Shown: positions 11,213 through 26,170 of the stretch, piece by piece
How positions within the stretch are numbered: the first letter of the stretch is position 1
Layout: each line of letters opens with the position of its first letter
Source: Octopus bimaculoides
Taxonomy: Eukaryota
Direction: 5' to 3'
Assembly (NCBI RefSeq): GCF_001194135.2
Contig: NC_068989.1
Span: 22,455,267 to 22,519,266 of the forward strand
DNA: 64,000 nucleotides
The notes under the pieces: generated by a model
The model's input: the letters and a program-made list of their open reading frames with translations, nothing else
The model's database searches: none
What the model was told of the DNA's origin: nothing
Program-made: the position numbers and the translations under genes

Positions 11213-11924
11213 ATGCAAGAGAGAGAGAGAGAGAGAGAGAGAAAGAATGTGTATGTGTGCATGTGTGTATGAATGTGTGGAAGAGTCATAAAAGAAACTT
11301 ATTAAAATGACTAAGTGGGTGGCACATGTAGCTACCATCTCACAGGGCATGGGTTTAAACTAATACACATGATTCATTGAAATTCTGTGGAAGGCTTCCT
11401 GATACAAAGTTACGCTTCATTTCATCCAATAATCAGGAACAGGTGTCACATCCTATAGGAATAGTGCCCCCAACAGAATCCAACCTCTATCCAGAGGTAC
11501 ATCTGTCTCTCATCTGCAGATGTCATGGAATCTGGAATGAAGCACTGGCTTTGTGAAACCCTGAAAGTTGCAGGAAACGTTTAATAATTTTGAAATGTGT
11601 AAAGCAAAGCAAAAATGGTGGTGACGGTTAAGGTCCTGAACTACTAACCGTATGGTTATAAGTTCATACCTTAATACTGTCATTATGTTGTACCACTAAA
11701 GCTGCAAACAAGCAGAATCATTAGCATGCTGGACAAATGCTTAGTAATGTTTTGTTCATCTTTATGTTCTGAGTTCAAATTCCACTGAGGTCAACTTTAC
11801 TTTCGTCCTTTCAGGAACAATGAAATAAATACCAGTAGAGCACTAGGGTTGGTGCAACTTGCCCCCTCAAATATATTTTGGTCCTTATACCTATAGTAGA
11901 AAGGATTATATTGTACTTCTAATC

Positions 11925-12127
11925 CAGTGCTTCTTAACCAGGATCCATATGGCCTTTGAAGATCCATATAAGATTTTGTTGTTAAAATTTGCATCCAATA
12001 AAATTGCTTATACTTCTACAATGCAAAAGAATATTTTAATTTCTTTATACCAAATGACTTTGGCAGTCCAGGAGAGTAAAATGGGAATTAAAGAGGTCCA
12101 TAGGCAAAAAATGGTTGAGAACCACTG
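11925..12127. mobile_element. hAT-type MITE, 203 bp
   Basis: TIRs cagtgcttcttaacc / ggttgagaaccactg; 8-bp TSD ttctaatc / ttgtaatc. Confidence 0.88.
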
Positions 12128-13292
12128 TTGTAATCAATGCACTGAACTGTTTGCTTTAACTGAACAAAGGAAAATAAGCTGTCCACTCCTACTTCATGGT
12201 TTCGTTGGTAGCAGTAGGATGTACAGGCTAAACACCAAACGAAAAGATAACATTGTCTATGATAACTGAATGTCTTAAGATATCCTAGTGATAATGTTGA
12301 GGGAGCAAGCTTCCTACCATACACACTGACTCAAGAGATAGTGATGTTGACATGATACTGTCCCTTCCTATCTAACCAGTTTCTCATCAAAGATATGCTG
12401 CTAGTCTGTTTATTCTTATCCCATTATGCCTCAAGGGTATCATAAAATACAAATTATATAAACTCTTACCACAAACCTGTATACTTCACATAAATCATTT
12501 GCTCACAGACACACAAACACATGCGGATACGCATACACACACACAAAGCAAAATATTTAAACATATACAGACATTATATCCCCTTCACATATATTTTGGC
12601 AATATCCCATGTACATGATTCCACATTCCTGCAGAAACCACATTCACACTGAAGGTGTGTCTTGTCTGGTACATTTCTTTCATATTCACACTGCATGCCA
12701 CCAAAACCTCATATAGCTCACACACACACACACACACACACACATTTTCAAAGGGGTAACAACTTGTAACCAGCATGTTGTTTCCATAAAGTTAAAAATC
12801 CTTTCAGTCAAAATGAGCAATCCCTTGCTCTTCTTAAAACTTACTACATAATGAGTTGATAGGTGAGCAAGTTATGGACAGCAAAATTCACACAAGTGTT
12901 CTTTGTAACAAAAAACAAAAAAAAAACCTATAATCCTATTCGTGGCTCAACTGGCAACAACTTTGAAGTCACAGTCAAAAATATTCTTGTTTAAGAAAAA
13001 ATCTGTACTCTACAAAAGTGTAGAGTAGCTCCTCAGATTAATGTGAAATTGTTTTTATTACAAATAAACATAGAAACAAATATTAACAAATATGTAAAGA
13101 TTTAAGGAAATGGTGATGTGTTTTACAATACTGTAAATGATAATATTTTATAAGCTTAAAGCTTATAAGCAACCATTGTGAATTGTAAAACATGATACTG
13201 CTAACCAAATCATTGCAGAAAAAGTACATGCTGTTTGTTTATAAAAACAACACTATGAAATTACAGTTCTTAAATCTGATGGAAAGAAACGT

Positions 13293-13365
13293 GGGGGTAC
13301 GTTGGTGTAATGGTAGCACACTTGTCATGAAAACATAGAAGTGTGGGTTGAAGTCTCATGCATAT
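13293..13365 (+). pseudogene. Decayed tRNA-like sequence, probably a SINE head
   Basis: A-box-like tggtgtaatggtagcac and B-box-like gggttgaagtct; stems broken. Confidence 0.3.
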
Positions 13366-13489
13366 GGAAAAACCTACTTTTTATTTCCATTGAGAGCTTA
13401 TATGCCCCAATATTAGACTATTATCTTTAGTTAATTCACAGTGATTGCTTATAAGCTTTACACTTATAAAATAATATTATTTACAGAAT

Positions 13490-13534
<45 letters not shown>

Positions 13535-13884
13535 TACACATATATATATATATAAGTATGTATGTGCATGCATGTGTATAAGTAGGGTTCTAATTCAAGC
13601 TGTGAATTCTTGAAGCACATCTGCTTATTCCAGAACTCCAAAATTGCATGTAGATGTTATACTTGTGTGAAATGTGCATAAGAGTTGAAAAACACTGGAA
13701 AATAAATATGTAACTGGTTTTTTGCCTGAAGAATTTCTAATAGGAAATATACGTTTTACGTACATGTACAATTTTGTAATTCTTAATAGCAAATGAAGCA
13801 CTTGTAATGGTGAACAAATAGTACCAAAAATTTTTTCAATAATCTGTTTTGGTATATGTATGTATGCATGTATGTATGTGTATA

Positions 13885-13980
<96 letters not shown>

Positions 13981-13981
<1 letters not shown>

Positions 13982-14788
13982 GTGGTTTGATCAATAAGTA
14001 TCCGAAGCTAAAGCACAGAGATTGATCTTGAACTCTGCTGTGCATGCGCACTAAGTTTTAACATTCTAGCTCACTTCCGCTGTTTACAGCAGTGCTTGGA
14101 AGGAAGGTGTGTAGCATATTATCATCGCATTGACCATGTCAGAGAAAGTTGAGCAGGAAAACTGCATCGAATTTTGACAAAAGCTTGGCAATACCTGTTC
14201 AGAAGCCTATGCAAAGTTTTCAAAAAGTTTTCATTGGAAATCTTGTACAACTGAAACACGAGTGTCATTTTAGTCAGCTGAAAGCAGTTTTGGCACAAAC
14301 TGAGCAGACACGTGTCTCATACCCGAATCTTCAATGATAATGGACTGAACTGAACGGTAGCTAATCTCCACATCCTCTGATAACTGACGGATGGTGATTT
14401 TATGATTTCCCCTCACAGCTGCACACATATCTGCGATGTTTTCCTCAGTTCTGCTGGTTGCGGACCTCGCAGAACGTTTATCAATATCAACATTTTTTTG
14501 GCCGTATGAACCACTTGTACACTCCTCTCCATATATTTTCTGCAACTTTGTGTAGGTCTCAGAGTAGGTATCGCCATGACAACGTTCTCTGTCATGGTCA
14601 ATGCAATGATCACGTGCTACACACCTTCCTTCCAAGTACTGCTGTAAACAGCAGAATTGAGCTAGAATGTTAAAACTTAGTGCACATGTACAGCTGAGTT
14701 CAAGGTCAATCTGTGCCAACAGGCTTCACTTTGTATGCTTTAACTTCATTACTATGGCAACAGTCCATATACTTATTGATCAGACCTT
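13981..14788. mobile_element. mariner (irritans-like) derivative made of two inverted 5' ends, in (TA)n
   Basis: Left TIR cgtggtttgatcaataagta with MSEKVEQENCIEF*QKLGNTCSEAY on plus; right TIR (aggtctgatcaataagta on minus) with DTYSETYTKLQKIYGEEC...ITIRQLSEDVEISYRSVQSII...RHVSAQFVPKLL on minus. Confidence 0.9.
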
Positions 14789-15871
14789 TATATATATATA
14801 TATATATAATTTGTGCATGTGAGTGTGTAGGTCATTTCAATAATGACCCACACATCACTAAAGCTTACAACCAGTCTATAACAGATTTTGCAAAATCTTG
14901 TAACAACACTTCCATATGGTGAAAACTACACGGACTTAAACCAATGCTTCTCAAAGTGGGCAGCACTATACTTGGGAGGGATGGATTTAATATGGTTACT
15001 AGAAATAATGGTGCAGGAGGGAAAGAGAAGGCATCTCTAAACTGGTCAAATTTTGAGAATTATTTTCAATTTCTTTCTGTGTTTGAATCATCTGGTTAAT
15101 AGCAGTGGTCAAAATGTTATTTTGACATTCCATACTATACTGATGCAGTTGACATATGTACAAGTAGTGTTTCAATGGCAATCAGCCAATCAGCAGCAAT
15201 TTTATGTGGTATATTAAATTCTATTGGATCATAGCAAGTGGGTAAATGAAAAAGCGCCAGTAAAAGAAAAGGTGATAGCTAGTTTGAGAGGCATTCATTT
15301 AAACTTATTTAGGAACTTATAGGGTGCCATATAAGAAAGAAAGTAAAGATCAGGAACCAAAGAAACTAGCAATTGATTGAAGTCGGTTCTTTTGCCAGTC
15401 GAATTGACCTTTTAGGCTGAAACTGCTAAAAAGATGAGCCAAGGAGGAAGCCTTTATGTTATCGCTTGACTTGAGAGAAATAGGAGCCAGATCTCCTCCA
15501 CCCTCCCATCTTAAAAGCAAAAAGAACTCATAAAATACATAATTCCTGGGGATATTATAACAAAAGATGAAACAAGACAGAAATGTCTTGCTGGAATACT
15601 TTTGAGCATTAGTTTACTGGATCAAGGCTGAACAACCAACAACAGCTGTTAAAAGGTACAAATCTTGTGTATAAGTTTCTACAACCTCTGGCTGTCACAA
15701 AGTACTATTGTCAATTGATATTCCTAAGAACAAAGTCCTTGACATCAAAGTCACAAATTTGAAACATGTCCAATTGTCAAATTATTTAACAATAAACCAA
15801 TTTGAATTAAAATACCCAAGAGCAAAAAAGAAAAAAGATTTTTTAATGAGATTTCTAAATATAATTTACAA

Positions 15872-16032
15872 GTGTAGGAGTGGCTGTGTGGTAAGTAGCT
15901 TGCTTACGATCCACATGGTCCCAGGTTCAGTCTCACTGCGTGGCACCTTGGGTAAGTGTCTTCTACTATAGCCTCGGGCCAACCAAAGCCTTGTGAGTGG
16001 ATCTGATAGATGGAAACTGAAAGAAGCCTGTC

Positions 16033-16078
<46 letters not shown>

Positions 16079-16267
16079 CCCCCCCCCAACATCGCTTGAC
16101 AACCAATGCTGGTGTGTTTACGTCCCTGTAACTTAGCAGTTCAGCAAAAGGGACCAATAGAATAAGTACTAGGCTTACGAAGAATAAGTCCTGGGGTTGA
16201 TCTGCTCGACTAAAAGGCGGTGCTCCAGCATGGCCGCAGTCAAATGACTGAAACAAGTAAAAGAGTA
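15872..16267 (+). mobile_element. Family A SINE, full length
   Basis: Matches the other family A copies along its whole length, with a central (TG)n. Confidence 0.9.
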
Positions 16268-16854
16268 AGCAAAAATAAAATAACTACTTATTTGTGAACA
16301 ATGTATTTATGAGTTTCTCCACACTCATTATAGATCTTTAATACTGGCACAAAGCCATACATTTTGTGAGGAGAACAGATCATTATACTGTCTCCAGTAC
16401 CTGATCACACAGTACAAAGCAACATAGTCTATAAATGTGTAGAGGAGATGCAAAATAGTAGCAGTTATTATGTAACAGCTACAATGAACTCCACATCTCT
16501 ATGCATGGGCATTCTTTCTTCAACTCAAGATTTCACTAGTGGGGTATACCTATAATCTAGCTGGTAGTAAATTTGACTATAGTTTGAAATGGTCAGTGGT
16601 AAAGTGTGTTTGGCCCTAAAGGGAAGGGCAATGTGTCCCTGCAAGCTGTGCACAAAAGAGTGGTTGAACATTTTTTCAACGATAAGCATTTACTTAATAA
16701 ACAAAATGTGTTAGGAATTTTTTTTACACACACTGGAAATGTCAGACATTCCACCATTATGGGGTTGGAAATACTCTAGTCTTGTGCTTCTATTCAGCTT
16801 GACAAAGTACAACTGGCCACTATATTCTCCTATAATTACTCATAACCTTCATCA

Positions 16855-17230
16855 TCATTTAACGTCTGTTTTCCATGCTGGCATGGGTTGGATGCTTTGA
16901 CAGGAGCTGGTCAGTTGAAGAGCTGCCTGGACTCCATTTATCTGTTTGGCATCAAGCCATATAAGGCTTGATGCCCTTCTCAAGGCCTACTACTTCACAG
17001 ATTGAGTGGGGTGCTTTTACATGGTACCAGCATAGATGCTTTTATGTGGCACCAGCATGTGTATTTTTTTACATGACATTCACATGGGAACTTTTATATG
17101 GCACTGACACAGGCACTTTTATGTGGCACCAACACGGGTGCTTTTTACAAGGCACTGGCACTTTTACATGGCATCAACACAAGCACTTTTACATAGCATC
17201 AACATGGGTGCTTTCACATGGCACCAGCAC
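16855..17230 (-). mobile_element. Family C SINE remnant with expanded internal ~25-bp tandem unit
   Basis: Tail catcatcatttaacgtctgttttccatgctggcatgggttgg; about 7-8 degenerate copies of gcttttacatggcaccagca. Confidence 0.7.
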
Positions 17231-18115
17231 CCAACCAGATGATAAAACAATATCCTATATCTGAATACCATCTACCCTACCCATACTTGTATCAAACACT
17301 TCTTAGTGGAATACCGGATAACACCACTAACATTATTGAACACAAAGACACCTCACAATGGATTATTTAATGCACCAACCAGCTTGGATACCAACTATCC
17401 AAAGGTGTGCAACACATGGAGCAATGCTAGTGGACATGTGCAACACTACACCTATGTGAACACATTGTTGTAGCTGTATGACAATGGCTTGAGTACATCT
17501 GAAAACATGTAGTGTTTTATAGATGTATGTAATGTGCATGGGTGATTTATTATTATACATGTGGCTGTAGGACTACATGCACATTGTAGTCCTACAGCTA
17601 TGGACCTGTGTTCATGTTTTTGGTAGTAACAGGAGTTTGTTGGTCACTACATGACATGATGGCCTGTATATGTATACAGATGTATGATTGTGTACACACA
17701 TGTACATTTACACATGTGTGTACACAATCATATGTACATTTACACATATGTTCTGCTAGGCATGTGGGTATACATGTATACGCACACTCACATGCCTAGT
17801 GTGTGTGTCTGTGATGTTTGTGTACATCAATGAATATATGTACATGTGTTAGTTGGGGGGAAACAGACAACCTACTATTGTCTTGTCTTTGTTTTAAAAC
17901 TGTTTACAAACATGCCAACTGAGACCAATAGCTGCCAAAAAGGAAATACTTCAACCCTGATACCATACGACTGTCAAATGTAACTATTATCTCAGTTCTA
18001 CATTTTGATAGATGCTACCAACTCTTATTGATACTATCTTTGTTGTTGCTTTTGTTCTCATTCTCAAAACTACATTGCCATGGGGCTATTTTATACACTT
18101 CTCTCTTTTTTACTC

Positions 18116-18146
<31 letters not shown>

Positions 18147-18280
18147 GGTTGGAAATACTCTAGTTTTGTGTGGGTGTTTTTTCAAAACACTGTCTGGTTT
18201 AAAAAGCCACATCAGACGCCATGAAAGGGCTAAGGTGTAGGTGCAGGAGGTGGTCAAACTCTGTTTAAGGAGTAGACAAC

Positions 18281-18330
<50 letters not shown>

Positions 18331-18858
18331 CCTGATGGGGGTATGTGTAAGCATGTGTGAATCTACCAGAATGTGTGTGAGGAGGGCATTGTCATAAAAG
18401 CCTTTTTATCTCCACCCCATTATTTCCCTCTCACAAAATCCTACTATTTCATTCTCCATCACCTTCTACTTTGCTATACCAACTAACTGGCACATAACTT
18501 GCATAATGGGGCATATTCGGGTGTGCACATATCTTCACATTGTACTTTTTGCTGATAATGCCAAAGAAATGAGTCAACTCTAATAAATAACAAAGTCAAT
18601 TGGCTTACGTAATAACAACAATCAGATCTTGGAATCATGTGCATATCATATAAAGCTTAAAAATACCAATTGCATTTTTTGTGTTTATTATTATTATCAT
18701 TATGACGTGGCTCAGATTCTGTACACTAGCCTCTTTGGTGATATAATGGTTAGCATCAAACCATATTAAGTACAAGAGTGTAGTATGGAACTATCTTCTG
18801 AACCCAAGCTTTTGGTAATCTAACACACTTTTTAAACTACATATACTCACTCACTCTT

Positions 18859-18941
<83 letters not shown>

Positions 18942-20031
18942 TGTGTGTGTGTTTGTTTTTCATCAAGATGTATTGAACTGGCAAAGGATGTAAAGCTCAA
19001 AGAAAATATGGTGCCCTTTGAATGAAGACCTGGGCAAGAATGACTTTCTTTGAACCAAATTACAGACACTCAGTTGACACTCTCACCATCAGAAATGCAG
19101 TGAACCAGTGATTAGCTCATTAAAAAACCTGCAACTAAATAATGCTATTGTTGTTCACAAACTGTGATATGAAATTATATAAAATTAGTGGATGGTTACA
19201 TTTCTACCCAATACTTTGTTTTTGTATTTGCGTATGGTCTGTGTTTCACAGTAGGCACATATTCAAGCAAAGCCATTATATTGAAAACTCATACCCTATA
19301 CCTATAAACTGTCACCAGAACTGCTAGAAATAGCACCCAAATTTCCTCAAATTACATCCTACTTAAAAATGGAAAATATACAAAACTATGGAATGGTTAT
19401 TGCTGATATGCTTTTGTTCTGTTCAGTTAGGGTTGGCTGATTTAGGGTAAGGAAAAAAAAAAACCTAAAGAAACAAACTCTTACATTCATTCAAACACAG
19501 ACACCATACGGCTTTTTATACATGCATTTAATGACACCACTACTCCAAGATATACATCATAACAAACGCCATTATATACAGGGTTAATTTTAAAATTTTC
19601 TTCTATGAAATAAGCAGATGTTTTTGTCACTGTCAGACCAAATTTATATAACCCTCTTCCCAATGCTCACTGTTCACCCTAAAGCAAATTCAAGAGGAAT
19701 CTTGTGAAGCTAGTTTCTGTTCATCTTCTGCCAAATGTTACATTCTTCATTTATCATGTCTTTACCCATGAAATAAATATTTAAGATGCTTTGCCAAAGA
19801 AAAAACTGCAGGAGCTCCTTAAAAATGTTGCAAGCTTTTTGCATTGTTTGGAACCCTTCTATATCACCAGCAGATATCTCAGAGTAACAAGCAATTTTTA
19901 TCCTTAGCCTTGCTTATTTTCAGTGATTTTATTTTAGTCAATTATAAGATAACTTGTATTTAACTGTTTTCCTACAGTTACTTGTACATGGACAAGTGAC
20001 CATAGAGCCAACAGTTCAAACATAAGCACAG

Positions 20032-20610
20032 GGATCTCTCCAGTTTGGCTCACAGATTTTTTAATTATCTTTTTTTAACTAAACAGTTTGAAACTTCGTA
20101 TACTGGTGTAATTTTTCACACTGAACACAGTTTACATCTAACATTTTTGACAAAATTCCATATTTTAGAAGTTATTTCATGTTAAAGTTGTTGTATTTGA
20201 GTAATTTTAACCAATCAACAATGTGTATTCAGCAGAAGAAACCTACTGCTGTTTGCAATAGTAATCGAAGAGCAATAACTTCTAGGTCATCTCTACTAAA
20301 TGTAACACCAAATAATCCACACGTGGTTGAAAAATACATTTAGTAGAGATGAACTGAAAGTTGGTGCTCTTCAATTACTATTGCAAAAAGCAGCAGGTTT
20401 CTTCAGTTGAATACACATCGTTGATTGGTTAAAATTACCCAAACACAATAACTTTAATAAGAAATAACTTCTAAAATACGAAATTTTGTCAAAAATATTG
20501 AAAGTACACCATGTTCAGTGTGAGAAATTACACCAGTATACGAAGTTTCAAACTGTTTAGTTAAAAAAAAATAATAATTTAAAAACCTGCGAGCCAAACT
20601 GAATAGATCC
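20032..20610. mobile_element. 579-bp fold-back (MULE/Foldback-like) palindromic element
   Basis: Arms 20032-20304 and 20335-20610 are reverse complements (roughly 85% by eye) around a 30-nt loop; termini GGATCT / AGATCC; 8-bp TSD aagcacag / tagcacag. Confidence 0.85.
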
Positions 20611-21023
20611 TAGCACAGTTATTGGCACCTAGACAGGGGTACATTAATTACGAAAATAAACAGCACTGTTGACAGAGAGACAGACTCTATATCAATCATA
20701 GGTACATTACAGCCAGCAGGATATTCTGAATGGCACACCTAACAAAAATATCACCATGAGTTTCTTTTAGTACCACAGCCTACTTGATGATGAATCAAGT
20801 CTCTTGCAACCCATGATTCAAAATATGGTTGTCCATGACTGCTCTACATAGTTGTTAAAATTGCTAGAAATAGCAATGGAATTTTCTTAAAGTCATGCTC
20901 TATTGTCTTAAAAAGAGAAATACATTTTGAACTGTCAAATGTCAAACAATATGTTATAAAGATTGTAAATTTGCATGCTATTAACCATTTCATCTTTTCA
21001 GTATTTATATCTGCACATAGGCA

Positions 21024-21177
21024 CAGGCATGGTTTTGAGGCAACAAGTTTGTTTTCCAACCATATGGTTCCGGGTTCAGTACCATTGTATGGCAGATTGG
21101 GCAAGTGTATTCCACTATAGTCTCAGGCCAACTAAAGCTTTGAGTGAATTTGATAGACAGAAACTGAAAGAAGACTG

Positions 21178-21247
<70 letters not shown>

Positions 21248-21445
21248 GTGTGTCTTTGTGCTTGACAACCAGTATAGGGTGTGTGTATGTCCCCATAACT
21301 TAGCAGTTCAGCAACAGATACTAACAGAATAAATACCAGGCTTTAAAAATAAGTATTGGGGTTGATTCATTTGACTAAAAGTCTTCAAGGTGGTGCCCCA
21401 TCATGGCCATAGTCTAATGACTGAAACAAGTAAAAGACAAAAGAT
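21024..21445 (+). mobile_element. Family A SINE, diverged
   Basis: Head, core and tail motifs recognisable around a (TG)n(TA)n tract. Confidence 0.8.
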
Positions 21446-21599
21446 TATTTGGAAGTATTTCTACGAAAATACTTTCATGAGTTTATTTCAAACCTATACA
21501 GCTAGAAGAAACGAGATTCAGATATGTGGAGGAAAACAAGATATTTTCGGTTCATTATTGTAAAATAATAATTTACATGTTATTTGTACAAACTTTCAT

Positions 21600-21910
21600 C
21601 ATCATCATCATCGTTTAATGCCCATCTTCCATGTATGCATGAGTAGGATGGATGACAAGAGCTGGCCAGGTAGAAAAACTACTCTAGGCTACTGTATCTG
21701 TTTCAGCAGGGTTTCTAAAGTTAGATACCTTTCCTAACACCAACCACTCTGCAGAATAAACTCAGTACTTTTTATGTGGCACTAGCACAGGTGAGGTTAG
21801 TTTTGGCATGATTTTAACAGCTTAATGCCCTTCCAAATGCCAAACACTTTAAAGTGTGGACTAGATGCCTTTTACGTGGCACCAGCACTGGCAGGGTCAC
21901 CAAATAACCT
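21600..21910 (-). mobile_element. Family C SINE remnant
   Basis: catcatcatcgtttaatgcccatcttccatg tail; ccttcctaacaccaaccactc core. Confidence 0.7.
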
Positions 21911-22772
21911 GCAAGACAAAGAATTATGAGAAGGGCAGGGGAATTTGAGGAGAGGATCTTGTGTCAGAGGATAAAAGGTTTGAATGTGACAAAGAGACAG
22001 AGAGGTAGAAATAGATGTCTTTCTATGTAATATGTAATAAAATTTGGTAGGACATCATAAATAGGTGTTCATGCATAAAATATACAAATATCAATTTCTA
22101 TTAATAGTTAATATTCACTTATTTCTTAGCCAGATTACATCAGTACAACCTACCATTCACAGTGATAATAATAGCCTGCTGTGTGTACATATTTTCAGTA
22201 AACCATTGAAATCAAAGAGCAAATGTGGCCTGCTATGATAATAATCACACCTTATCCCACTTAACATAACAACATCACATAAATGGAATTTAATATCCAA
22301 AAGATAAGTCAATATTCGTTGGTTTAGTTGACTCTAAACGTATTCTTGAGCCTTAAAGCATATTACAGCAGCATGCTAGGAAATGTTCTAAATACATTCA
22401 ATAATACAAAAAATATGAAACAAAAGGGTTTCGTTCTCATTTCCTGGTTCTAATATTAATTCACTGGTAAAAAAAAAAAAAGACAGAAAAAATAATTTTT
22501 TTCTCATTTTTCAAGAAACAACAATTCTGGAAAGCATATGAAAAGGGAGACCAAGGAAAAAGACCAAGCAAGCTGTATAGCAACACTTCCATTAAAGTGT
22601 TGTATGGCAATATACTTTTATAGAAGGAAAACTATTTCTGTCAATCAAGTCAAAATACTATTGATAGAACATGTTGTTGAAAGAAATATGGTTGTTGTTA
22701 TTGTCTTTAATGATGATGATGATGATGATGTTGGGGCTGTTAGAGTCTTAAGATCAGCTGGAGAGAACAGTA

Positions 22773-22985
22773 AAATCAATAGTGCTCTACTCATTACTAC
22801 ATTAACTGGTTCCACTTGAGTTTGGGCTTAGCTGAAAAGAACACTTCTAGATCAGAAATTACTACAGACTCACACATTCAATGCAAATATTATATATCCA
22901 CACCCACACACACACACCCATAGGTTTTGAATGTCAGTTTATATATTTGTATTTCAGTTCACTTATAAATGTGTGTGAGTTTATG

Positions 22986-23027
<42 letters not shown>

Positions 23028-23051
23028 GATAGATATAATCACAAAAGTAAA
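22773..23051. repeat. Local duplication, copy 1; copy 2 at 24847-25473
   Basis: Shared cattactacattaactggttccacttgagt...gatcagaaattactacaga...ggttttgaatgtcagt...atcacaaaagtaaa. Confidence 0.9.
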
Positions 23052-23307
23052 GAATCATTAAGGACAGCTAAACGTATGCAGAAATATGTTGAAAACACAT
23101 AGGTATATATGAATAGATATAGGCAAGCATACATACACACACATTTATATATTGAGAGAAATAGACAGATAGATACATACACACATTCATATATCATCAT
23201 CATCATAAATATATAATAAATATATATTTTTAAAAATATACTTTCCATCACAAAATGTATTAATATTCCACCCTACCTCTGTTACTATTTTGATGGCCAG
23301 CTTCCAA

Positions 23308-23349
<42 letters not shown>

Positions 23350-24178
23350 ACACACACTAAAAAGCCCACTTTTGAACATACCATGCTCCGAAACACATCA
23401 CACACTGGAAAATATATAAGAAAAATATAACAGACAGCAAGAAGTAAACTACAATGAACCCATAATGTATGCCAGGAAAAAAATATATTAAAAAAATTAA
23501 AAATATAAAAATTACAACTCTCTCTCACCACCACAAAAAAAGAACTAAAAATAGAAAAAAAACTCTGGTGAAACAATACAATCTTGCTGCCATTAAGGTG
23601 TTTAACCAATATTCAAATGGAGGAAATATATTCAGAACTTGAAAACATTCCATTTTCCTCATCACAACTTCTACTTAAATAACGTTAAACAATCTCGGAT
23701 TTAATACCACGATGCTGATAAAAATATAAAGATATTTTCAAACAATATTAAAGATGAAAAAAAAAAACCAAAAAAAAAAAAACAGAAATATTTTAAATAA
23801 AGATAATCAAGAAAAAAATCACAAATCCAAAAATATTTAAAATGTCCTGAAGTAGAAAAACTAAAAAAAAAACAAAGTAGCAATAATAATCTTTAATACT
23901 TAAAAAAAAAACAAAAAGAGCAGAAACAAGTAAAATTTATAGAAAATGGATTTTCCTAAAGTTTATCTCAAGAATGTAAATTTTGCAATGAGGTAAACAT
24001 AAAGATAGAGATGTATTTAAAGATTTTCTGAAACTAACCAGCTTGAAATAATAAATTGGTTGTTTTGCTGTTATTGAATTTTATTTTGTCTTCATTTTGG
24101 CTTTATTTTTAATGAGCATTAGGATATTTTTTGCAGAGATGCAGAGACAGAAGGGCAGAACATGAAATTAATTCTGGT

Positions 24179-24640
24179 GTAAATTAAGCTATCCACATAG
24201 TGATAACTTAATTTATGACTGCTTAATGTAACAACTGAATATTGTACGCTATTGACTAGGAAAAGAAACCAGGCACGTCTTCTCTGAAGAGTAGTCAACA
24301 AGCCATGAAATGGTCCAGCAGAAGACTTATTTTTATTCATTTTTCTGCACATAAAAGGCATACACAGAATGTACTTATTTTCTAACTTTTCCCACAGCTA
24401 GGCTTTATGTTTAAGTTTATTTAAGGCATGATTCATGCTGCTTTGTGCATAAACAATATAATAACAAAGTGTCAAAACTGCAAATATGTAAATTAAGCTA
24501 TCAACTACAGTGATAGCCTAATTTATGATTGCTTGAATATTCTACACTGTCAACTGGCAAAAGAAACCTGGTATGGCATTCTCTCCCCACAATTCTATTT
24601 TTCTGTTTATTTTTTTTGGCACATCAAAAGCATACAAGTA
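24179..24640 (+). repeat. Diverged tandem duplication, ~310-bp period
   Basis: gtaaattaagctatc...taatttatga...aaaagaaacc occurs at ~24179 and ~24490. Confidence 0.75.
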
Positions 24641-24985
24641 ATATGCTTATATTCTTATTTCTTGGTTAAGCTTTAGAATATTTAAATTTATCTATTTTAT
24701 TCTAGTGATTCAGCTTAACGCCTCCTACTAACAGACACCTGCAGTGGAATTTGAACTTGGAACATAACTCACTCCTCTGCCAGCATGCCAGCCACTGAGC
24801 CAATGGGAGAACCTCCACATGGTTAGTCAACCTACACAAAAACATCAAATCAGTAGTGCTCTAGTCATTACTACATTAACTGGTTCCACTTGAGTTCGGG
24901 CTTTACTGAAAAGAAAAACTTCTGGATCAGAAATTACTACAGAATCACACATTCAATGCAAATATCTGTCTGTCTGTCTGTCTGC

Positions 24986-25026
<41 letters not shown>

Positions 25027-25064
25027 TTTGAATGTCAGTCTATATATTTGCATTTCAGTCCACT

Positions 25065-25450
<386 letters not shown>

Positions 25451-25714
25451 GTTAGATACAATCACAAAAGTAAATCGCGTTCTACTGTCTTAAAAAAAAT
25501 AAAGAACACATCAGAGAATGTAGTCAAAGATACACTTCTAAAAAGATGAGATGGTCATGGATGGAATGTCTTTGATTATAGGACTAACCTGGGATACAGC
25601 ACCAACACTCACTAAGTCAACAAGGGAGCCTTCATATATATACATTATATATATATATATATAGTAAATATATATAATATATATATTATATATACATTAT
25701 ATATATATATATAT

Positions 25715-25814
25715 NNNNNNNNNNNNNNNNNNNNNNNNNNNNNNNNNNNNNNNNNNNNNNNNNNNNNNNNNNNNNNNNNNNNNNNNNNNNNNNNNNNNNN
25801 NNNNNNNNNNNNNN
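25715..25814. other. Assembly gap (100 N)
   Basis: Run of N. Confidence 1.
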
Positions 25815-26170
25815 TCCATGCTGGCATGGGTTGGACAGTTTGACTGAAAACTGGTAAGCCAGGGGAGGTGGGGTTGCACTAGATTCCGATCTAATTTGGC
25901 AAAGTTTTTATGACTTGTTGCCCTTCCTAATGCCAACCACTCTGAGAATGTAGTGGGTGATTTTTACATGCCACCAGTATGGGTGGCATTGACTTGATAC
26001 TGGCATTAGCCATGACTATGGCCTCACTTGACTTGACAGGTCTACACAAGCACGGTATATCGCCAAATGTCTTGGTTACCTGTCACTGCCTCCATGAAGC
26101 CCAAAGCTCGAATGGTCCTTTTTATGTAAAACCAGCACAGGCATCAGTCAGATGACACTGGCATCAGCCA
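25815..26170 (-). mobile_element. Family C SINE remnant
   Basis: tccatgctggcatgggttggacag...cccttcctaatgccaaccactc. Confidence 0.75.
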
